From contig NZ_LUJK01000007.1 of assembly GCF_001601825.1 (NCBI RefSeq), positions 4,261-68,260 of the forward strand: a DNA stretch of 64,000 nucleotides. The letters run 5' to 3'. The notes beneath the pieces are model-generated. The model saw only the letters and a program-made list of their open reading frames with translations, made no database searches and was not told where the DNA came from. This document shows positions 57,654 through 64,000 of the stretch, in pieces. Made by a program: the position numbers and the translations under genes. Numbering within the stretch: position 1 is the stretch's first letter; each line of letters opens with the position of its first letter. This stretch comes from Limnobacter sp. CACIAM 66H1 (GTDB lineage: Bacteria > Pseudomonadota > Gammaproteobacteria > Burkholderiales > Burkholderiaceae_B).

Positions 57654-59522
57654 ATGTTGAAGCATATTGGTAGTAAAGCGGTCGTTGGTACATCGGTTGC
57701 CGCTTCTTTTCTTGTATCTCCCCTAATCGTTTTTGCCGAGCCTGTAGGCTCCAAAGAAGTGGTGATTACTGCGAATCGATACGAACGTTCTTTAAGCGAC
57801 GTTCAGGCCGATGTCACTGTGATCACACAGGAAGACATTCAACGTTCGGGTGCCAGCAGCCTGACAGATCTCCTCAAGCGTGCACCTGGCATCCAATATT
57901 CAAGCAACGGTGGTGGGCAGCAAACCTCAACCCTATTCATCCGTGGATCGGAAAGCAAGCACACCCTGTTCTTGATTGATGGTCAGCGTATTGGCCCGTT
58001 GGACGGATTTTCTCAATCACAGTTTCAACATTTTCCGCTGGATCAAATTGAGCGCATTGAAATTTTGCGAGGCCCGGGCTCTTCTTTGTATGGAAGTGAT
58101 GCAATTGGTGGTGTGGTGCAAATCATCACCAAGAAGGCTGCCCGTAAAAGTGGTGGTGATGTATCAGTTTCTGTGGGCAACAATAACACCCGCAAACTAA
58201 CAACGTCGGGTACCTTGGCCGGTGAGCGTGGCTCGGTGAGGCTTGGCGTTGGGCATGAGTACAGTGATGGTATCAATGCCAGCCGCGACAACAGTGGAAA
58301 GGATGCCTATCGAATTACTTCGGGCAGTTTTAATCTTTTTTATGATTTAACGCAGCAAACACAACTAACGGCCAGCGCACTGGCAACTGATGTGAACAAT
58401 GAGTTTGACCCGAACCCACAATTCAATCGGGACAATCAAACCGTTTTGAACGCGGGCTTGAAGCATCAGTGGGCGGGTGGCTCGGAGTCTTCTATTCGTT
58501 TGGGAAGCTCCACTGAAGAACTTGAGTTCCCTTTGTTCGAGTTTGGAACGCGTACCTTTCAAAATCAGTTTTCTTTGGATCACCGCTTCAAGGCCTTTGG
58601 TGGTGTCATGTTGATTGGCTATGAGTACCTCGATCAACGTTTTCAACAAACAACGAATTTCCCGCCGCCTGCAGGCGCACCCAACATCGACAATACGCAG
58701 GTGAACAGTGGTTTGCTTACTTACACCCGTGATCTTGCCAGCTACACAGTTCAAGGCAATTTGCGTTTTGATGCGAATTCCAACTATCAGGATGTAACAA
58801 CGGGTCAATTGTCTGTTTCGAGAAATCTGAATGCGCAGGTGAAACTTGGCGTTTTGGCTGGCACTGGGTTCAAGCGTCCTAACTTCAGTCAAATTTCCGG
58901 TTTTGTGAATTCATTTGCTCCCGGTTTTGCCGGAATTGACCCGGCTGTATTGAACACTGAGCTTAGGCCTGAGGAAAGTGAAAACTACGAAATTTATGCG
59001 GGCATAAGCAGCCAATACGGTCAGTCCAGAATTTCAGTGTTCCAGAATGTGGTTCAAGACCTGATCGTAGGAAATGTTATTTCACCCGGAAACACAAGGT
59101 TCACGAACGAACCTGGGGCTTCGAAAATTGAAGGGGTGTCTTTCTCGCATGAAGGTGAGACCGGACCATTGGTTTGGGGAGCATCGCTGGATATTTTGTC
59201 TGCAAAAAATGCGCGTGATGAACGTTTGTTGCGTAGGGCAATTCAAACTGCGAAGGTGTACGGAAACTATAACCTTCCCAAGGGGTGGGCAGTGGGTGCC
59301 GAGGTTTTGTCTAGCAGTGAGCGCGATGATATTGCCTTTCCAGGCGGGCGCGTCAAGTTGGGTGGGTACACTTTGGTCAACGCCACTGTTACTTATGAAC
59401 TTGATGCCCGCAATGACTTCAAACTTCGCATGGACAACATAACTGGCAAAGATTATGAGATCGTTCGTAACTTTGGTGTCGCCAAGCAAGATGTTCTACT
59501 GACTTACACGCACAAGTTTTAA
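57654..59522 (+). CDS. btuB: TonB-dependent vitamin B12 receptor
   Basis: Signal peptide, TonB box EVVITANR, plug motifs IRGSES, LFLIDG and IERIEILRGPGSSLYGSDAIGGVV, and terminal Phe. Controlled by the B12 riboswitch. Confidence 0.92.
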   Translation: MLKHIGSKAVVGTSVAASFLVSPLIVFAEPVGSKEVVITANRYERSLSDVQADVTVITQEDIQRSGASSLTDLLKRAPGIQYSSNGGGQQTSTLFIRGSESKHTLFLIDGQRIGPLDGFSQSQFQHFPLDQIERIEILRGPGSSLYGSDAIGGVVQIITKKAARKSGGDVSVSVGNNNTRKLTTSGTLAGERGSVRLGVGHEYSDGINASRDNSGKDAYRITSGSFNLFYDLTQQTQLTASALATDVNNEFDPNPQFNRDNQTVLNAGLKHQWAGGSESSIRLGSSTEELEFPLFEFGTRTFQNQFSLDHRFKAFGGVMLIGYEYLDQRFQQTTNFPPPAGAPNIDNTQVNSGLLTYTRDLASYTVQGNLRFDANSNYQDVTTGQLSVSRNLNAQVKLGVLAGTGFKRPNFSQISGFVNSFAPGFAGIDPAVLNTELRPEESENYEIYAGISSQYGQSRISVFQNVVQDLIVGNVISPGNTRFTNEPGASKIEGVSFSHEGETGPLVWGASLDILSAKNARDERLLRRAIQTAKVYGNYNLPKGWAVGAEVLSSSERDDIAFPGGRVKLGGYTLVNATVTYELDARNDFKLRMDNITGKDYEIVRNFGVAKQDVLLTYTHKF

Positions 59523-59525
59523 AGG

Positions 59526-60404
59526 ATGTTGATGCAGGTTGCACTGTTCTTTTTGATCGGTTTGCTGGTTTTGGCTTTGCCCGCCAGTGCAAACCCAAGC
59601 TGCGTCCAAGACGATGTGAACCAAGCTGTGTGTGTGCAGCAAGCCCAGCGTGTGCTGGTGCTTGCACCCCACCTGACTGAAATTGTGGATTTCGTAGGGG
59701 GAATGGGCAAGGTAATCGCAGTCGATGGTTCAAGCAATTTTCCGGAAAGCGTGAACATATTGCCCAAGTTGGGCAACCCCTGGATGTTGAGTGCGGAATC
59801 AATTCTTGCCCGCAAACCCGATTTGGTGCTTGTTTGGCAATCGGGTATTTCAATGGAAGTTGTGGCACAGCTTCGCAAAGCGGGTGTGCCAGTATTTGTC
59901 AGCGAGCCCAAGAAAATTGAGCAGGTGGCTAGCACTATGCGCAGGTTGTCTGCCCTGCTGGGCACAGAGCAGAGAAGTGCTTCCCGCATAGACGATTGGT
60001 TGCAGCAGTTCAAGGCTTTGCGGGCTGAATACAGCGGTCGTGCAATAGTGCCGGTGTTTTATCAGGTGTGGAGTCAGCCACTGATGACTTTGGGTGGGCA
60101 GCATGCTGTGTCAGAAGTGATAGAGCTGTGTGGCGGCCGAAACATATTTGTTGATTTGCCAAACCTTGCTGCACAAGTGAGCGTGGAAGGGGTACTGAAG
60201 CGCAAGCCAGAGGTGTTGCTGGCCAGTGGCTCTACTCGCGATCATCAAGGTTTCCTCAAGCAATGGGCTGGCTGGCCTCAGTTGCCCGCTGTAAAGCTTG
60301 GTCAGGTATACACCATTCCCAATGACATCCTGGTACGAAACGGCCCGCGCCTGATTGAAGCCGCAAGGTTGGTTTGTGACCACATTGAGCAGGCCAGGCA
60401 CTGA
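59526..60404 (+). CDS. btuF: Periplasmic cobalamin-binding protein
   Basis: Motifs AQRVLVLAPHLTE, ESILARKPDLV, VFYQVWSQPLMT, VSVEGVL and RNGPRL. Confidence 0.9.
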   Translation: MLMQVALFFLIGLLVLALPASANPSCVQDDVNQAVCVQQAQRVLVLAPHLTEIVDFVGGMGKVIAVDGSSNFPESVNILPKLGNPWMLSAESILARKPDLVLVWQSGISMEVVAQLRKAGVPVFVSEPKKIEQVASTMRRLSALLGTEQRSASRIDDWLQQFKALRAEYSGRAIVPVFYQVWSQPLMTLGGQHAVSEVIELCGGRNIFVDLPNLAAQVSVEGVLKRKPEVLLASGSTRDHQGFLKQWAGWPQLPAVKLGQVYTIPNDILVRNGPRLIEAARLVCDHIEQARH

Positions 60405-60638
60405 AATTTTGACCCAGAAGCAGCCCTTCGCTTTTCACCTTTCGCCGATTGATGCTTAGATCGCTGACTCCACACAATTTGAACGGATTCAATTATTATT
60501 TGACAAGAATTATTGTCAGATGCTGGGTTGTGGTAATCCCTTAGATTGGGTGATACTACCGTGCTATAGTCCGCACCAGCAGTGTATTTGCAGTTCCTAA
60601 ACATCAAATAAAAGCGCTTTCCCACAAGGAGAAGTTCC

Positions 60639-61766
60639 ATGAAAATCGGAATCCCGGCCGAGACAAGGTCCGGAGAAACGCGTGTAGCCGCAACACCTGA
60701 AACGGTGAAGAAGCTCATTTCTCAAAAACACGAAGTGTTTGTTCAAGCCGGTGCAGGTATTGCCAGCTCGATCACCGATCAGGCCTACAGCGATGTGGGT
60801 GCAACAATTGTTGATCGTGCGATGGATGTAATCAGCAACTGCGACATGATCCTGAAAGTGCGTGCGCCCGCTGAAAACGAATTGTCGGCCTATCGCGCAG
60901 GTCAGGTGGTGGTTGGCATGCTGAACCCCTTTGACAATGCATCGTTGGAAGCCATGAACAAGGCTGGCCTGACCGCATTTGCTCTGGAAGCGGCACCACG
61001 CACGACGCGCGCTCAAAGCATGGATGTGCTGTCATCACAAGCCAACATTGCTGGTTACAAGGCCGTAATGATTGCAGCCAACGTCTATCAGCGCTTCATG
61101 CCCATGTTGATGACCGCAGCAGGTACTGTAAAAGCTGCTCGCGTTCTTATTCTCGGTGTGGGTGTTGCAGGCTTGCAGGCCATTGCAACGGCAAAGCGTT
61201 TGGGTGCGGTGATTGAGGCCTCAGATGTACGCCCCGCCACGAAAGAGCAGGTCGAATCTTTGGGTGCAAAGTTTGTGGACGTGCCTTTTGAGTCAGACGA
61301 AGAGCGCGAAATTGCCCAGGGTGTAGGTGGTTATGCCCGCCCCATGCCAGATAGCTGGATGAAGCGCCAGGCTGCTGCGGTTCACGAACGTGCGATCAAA
61401 AGCGACATTGTGATTACCACGGCTTTGATTCCTGGCCGCAAAGCGCCTACCTTGCTGCACGAAGAGACCGTGCGTGCAATGAAGCCTGGTTCAGTGGTCA
61501 TTGACCTGGCTGTGGAACAGGGTGGTAACTGCCCCCTGTCCAAGTTGAACGAGATTGTCGATGTGAATGGCGTGAAAATTGTGGGCTATGCCAATTTGCC
61601 CGCCATGGTGGCTGCAGACGCTTCTGCACTTTACGCCCGTAACGTGATTGATTTCCTGAAGCTTGTTTTCGACAAGGAAGGCGCCTTCAAGATCGACATG
61701 GAAGACGACATTGTTGCTGCGTGCCTGATGTGCACCGGTGGCGAACTCAAACGCAAAAACGCTTAA
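60639..61766 (+). CDS. pntA: NAD(P) transhydrogenase alpha subunit, part 1 (NAD-binding domain I)
   Basis: Motifs [38 protein letters not shown] and TTALIPG. Confidence 0.95.
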   Translation: MKIGIPAETRSGETRVAATPETVKKLISQKHEVFVQAGAGIASSITDQAYSDVGATIVDRAMDVISNCDMILKVRAPAENELSAYRAGQVVVGMLNPFDNASLEAMNKAGLTAFALEAAPRTTRAQSMDVLSSQANIAGYKAVMIAANVYQRFMPMLMTAAGTVKAARVLILGVGVAGLQAIATAKRLGAVIEASDVRPATKEQVESLGAKFVDVPFESDEEREIAQGVGGYARPMPDSWMKRQAAAVHERAIKSDIVITTALIPGRKAPTLLHEETVRAMKPGSVVIDLAVEQGGNCPLSKLNEIVDVNGVKIVGYANLPAMVAADASALYARNVIDFLKLVFDKEGAFKIDMEDDIVAACLMCTGGELKRKNA

Positions 61767-61779
61767 GGAAGGAGCCAAC

Positions 61780-62073
61780 ATGGACGCAATTAGCCCCACC
61801 GTGGTCAACCTGATTATTTTCGTACTGGCTATTTACGTGGGTTACCACGTGGTTTGGAACGTAACCCCTGCGCTGCACACGCCTTTGATGGCGGTGACCA
61901 ACGCCATTTCAGCAATCGTGATTGTGGGCGCCATGCTTGCAGCCGCACTGACCGTAACGCCCTTGGGTAAATTCATGGGTGTTCTGGCTGTGGCTTTGGC
62001 TGCTGTGAATGTGTTTGGTGGATTTTTGGTCACCCGTCGCATGCTTGAAATGTTCAAGAAAAAGAACAAATAA
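61780..62073 (+). CDS. NAD(P) transhydrogenase alpha subunit, part 2 (membrane)
   Basis: Motifs [17 protein letters not shown] and [16 protein letters not shown]. Confidence 0.93.
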   Translation: MDAISPTVVNLIIFVLAIYVGYHVVWNVTPALHTPLMAVTNAISAIVIVGAMLAAALTVTPLGKFMGVLAVALAAVNVFGGFLVTRRMLEMFKKKNK

Positions 62074-62097
62074 ACCAACAGCGATCTGGAGAAATTT

Positions 62098-63543
62098 ATG
62101 GAATTGAGTTTCAATGCAGTGACGCTGTTGTACTTGGTGGCGTCAATCTGTTTCATTCAGGCCTTGAAGGGCCTTTCACACCCCACGACATCCCGAATGG
62201 GCAATACATTCGGTATGGTGGGTATGGCGATTGCGATTGTCACGACAATTGCCCTGGTATTCAAGCTGGCTGAAATTGCAGGCCAATCCGCGGTAACCGG
62301 CCTTGGCTGGGTGCTGGCTGGTTTGGTAGTGGGCGGTGGTTTGGGTACCGTGATGGCCAAGCGCGTCGAAATGACAAAAATGCCTGAGCTGGTTGCTTTC
62401 ATGCACAGCATGATTGGTTTGGCCGCTGTGGCCATTGCCATTGCGGCGGTGGCTGAGCCCGACGCATTTGGTATCACCGCCAAGGGCAATTTCGACATTC
62501 CACTGGGTAACAAAATTGAGCTGTTTATCGGTACCTTCGTGGGTGCAATCACCTTCTCTGGCTCCGTGATCGCCTTCGGCAAACTGAGCGGCAAATACAA
62601 GTTCCGCTTGTTCCAGGGTGCACCTGTGCGGTTCACCGGTCAGCACCAGCTCAATGCTATTTTGGGCATCGTGATGGTGGGTTGCGGTATCTGGTTTGCT
62701 GTGACGCAAGACTGGACTCCTTTCATCATCATGACAATCGCAGCGTTCATCCTGGGCGTGACGTTGATTATCCCGATCGGCGGGGCTGACATGCCCGTGG
62801 TGGTGTCCATGCTGAACAGCTACTCTGGCTGGGCGGCAGCAGGTATTGGTTTCTCGCTGAACAACAGCATGTTGATCGTGGCAGGTTCGCTGGTAGGTTC
62901 TTCCGGTGCGATCCTTTCATACATCATGTGTAAGGCCATGAACCGCTCCTTCTTCAACGTGATTTTGGGTGGTTTTGGCGGCGAAGCCGATGCAGGCGCA
63001 GCAGGTGGTGGCCAACAACGCACCGTGAAAAGTGGTTCCTCCGATGATGTGGCTTTCTTGCTGACCAACGCAGAAACCGTGGTGATTGTGCCCGGTTACG
63101 GTTTGGCGGTTGCCCGCGCGCAGCACGCCTTGAAAGAACTGAGCGAGAAGCTGACTCACATGGGTGTTACGGTGAAGTACGCGATTCACCCGGTTGCAGG
63201 CCGTATGCCTGGCCACATGAACGTGCTGCTGGCAGAGGCTGAAGTGCCCTACGACCAGGTGTTTGAGATGGAAGACATCAACAGTGAATTTGCACAAACC
63301 GATGTGGTGTTGGTGTTGGGTGCGAACGATGTGGTGAACCCCGCTGCGAAAGACCCCAAGAGTCCGATTGCAGGCATGCCAATTCTGGAAGCCTACAAGG
63401 CAAAAACCATTATCGTGAACAAGCGCTCCATGAATGCCGGCTATGCTGGTTTGGACAACGAGTTGTTCTACATGGACAAAACTATGATGGTGTTTGGCGA
63501 TGCCAAGAAAGTGATTGAAGACATGGTGAAAGCGGTCGAGTAA
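62098..63543 (+). CDS. pntB: NAD(P) transhydrogenase beta subunit
   Basis: Motifs MPELVA..HS, GGADMPVVVSMLNSYSG, PGYGLAVA, HPVAGRMPGHMN and GANDVVNP. Confidence 0.96.
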   Translation: MELSFNAVTLLYLVASICFIQALKGLSHPTTSRMGNTFGMVGMAIAIVTTIALVFKLAEIAGQSAVTGLGWVLAGLVVGGGLGTVMAKRVEMTKMPELVAFMHSMIGLAAVAIAIAAVAEPDAFGITAKGNFDIPLGNKIELFIGTFVGAITFSGSVIAFGKLSGKYKFRLFQGAPVRFTGQHQLNAILGIVMVGCGIWFAVTQDWTPFIIMTIAAFILGVTLIIPIGGADMPVVVSMLNSYSGWAAAGIGFSLNNSMLIVAGSLVGSSGAILSYIMCKAMNRSFFNVILGGFGGEADAGAAGGGQQRTVKSGSSDDVAFLLTNAETVVIVPGYGLAVARAQHALKELSEKLTHMGVTVKYAIHPVAGRMPGHMNVLLAEAEVPYDQVFEMEDINSEFAQTDVVLVLGANDVVNPAAKDPKSPIAGMPILEAYKAKTIIVNKRSMNAGYAGLDNELFYMDKTMMVFGDAKKVIEDMVKAVE

Positions 63544-63572
63544 ATTTGACGCAATTGCTTTGTTTTGCAGAG

Positions 63573-63604
63573 GCCCGGTGAGAAATCACCGGGCTTTATT
63601 TTTT
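63573..63604 (+). terminator. Rho-independent terminator after pntB
   Basis: GCCCGGTGA-GAAA-TCACCGGGC followed by TTTATTTTTT. Confidence 0.88.
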
Positions 63605-64000
63605 CACGATGTCGCAGATGCGTTGCACCACCAGCCCAGTGTGTTCCATCGGCAAGAAGTGCGTGGCATCAGCAATCACCTCGATATGGGCCTTGGGCAA
63701 ACGCTTCTGAATGCGCGCGTGTGCGGTGGTGGGAAATGTAGATCCTCGACCTGCTGCCAGAATATGGATTGGGCAGCCCGGGTCACGAATCCAGCGAGCA
63801 GCATTGGGCTCTGTGTGTTGAAAGGTGAGTGATTCCCAGCTGGGGGGGCAGGCCAGTTCAACTTCATTGTTGTGGCTGGGCACAAAACCATGTTCCACAT
63901 AGGCGTGCAGCCATTCATCGCTCCATGTTCCGAAAGCTTTTTTGCTGCGGTAATTCTCAAAAGCGTCTTGGTGTGTCGGGAAACTTGCACGCCTGCGGGC
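63596..64000 (-). CDS. Alpha/beta fold hydrolase, C-terminal part (5' end lies beyond the window)
   Basis: The frame is open to base 64000 (RRRASFPTHQDAFENYRSKKAFGTWSDEWLHAYVEHG...). It ends with a catalytic-His motif, THFLPME. Confidence 0.8.
   Translation of the reverse strand, partial: ARRRASFPTHQDAFENYRSKKAFGTWSDEWLHAYVEHGFVPSHNNEVELACPPSWESLTFQHTEPNAARWIRDPGCPIHILAAGRGSTFPTTAHARIQKRLPKAHIEVIADATHFLPMEHTGLVVQRICDIVKK

Noticed and set aside
57654-59522. Lower GC in btuB (two hand-counted lines gave 40 and 43%) as a sign of horizontal transfer
   Set aside because: Beta-barrel receptors are rich in Asn/Phe/Tyr/Ser codons, the sample is tiny, and there are no mobility genes or flanking repeats.
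60639-62073. pntA split into two ORFs
   Set aside because: This is the known three-gene transhydrogenase arrangement. The second ORF has its own GGAG RBS, so it is not a frameshift.

Overview
This is 64 kb of mostly ordinary core chromosome from a betaproteobacterium. Burkholderiales is inferred from gene content and order, and moderate GC would fit a Limnobacter-like organism. From left to right it holds: a 5'-truncated putA; an Lhr-core helicase plus PdeM nuclease pair; doxX; a TetR-led fatty-acid beta-oxidation cluster; an orphan gene; and a membrane-domain/PQQ aldose dehydrogenase fusion split by one T in a T5 run. Next come tctCBA, a GntR regulator, an Atm1-type ABC transporter, LysR-aspA-gltIJKL, the LPS core genes (GT2, waaC, waaA, waaF), tolC-pcm-tetR, ilvE to tcdA, msrA and yajC-secDF. 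The right end has a PilZ protein, a five-gene minor-pilin cluster, purB, GST, mnmA, a Nudix hydrolase, a cobalamin riboswitch with btuB-btuF, pntAAB-pntB and a truncated alpha/beta hydrolase. I saw no tRNA, rRNA, CRISPR array, IS element, integrase or prophage gene, and I cannot claim a new system with confidence. The strongest lead is the pilE-fimT-pilW-pilX-pilV cluster. It has the gene order of gammaproteobacterial DNA-uptake (ppdA-ppdB-ygdB-ppdC / Vibrio-type) clusters and lacks pilY1. Its prepilin motifs are non-canonical, and its PilX-like subunit ends in a 41-residue tail with 28 prolines. Secondary leads are the frameshifted membrane-anchored PQQ dehydrogenase, the Asn/Ser/Gln-rich orphan, and an unexplained 310-nt convergent intergenic region. 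All family calls come from motif recognition by eye; no database searches were run.
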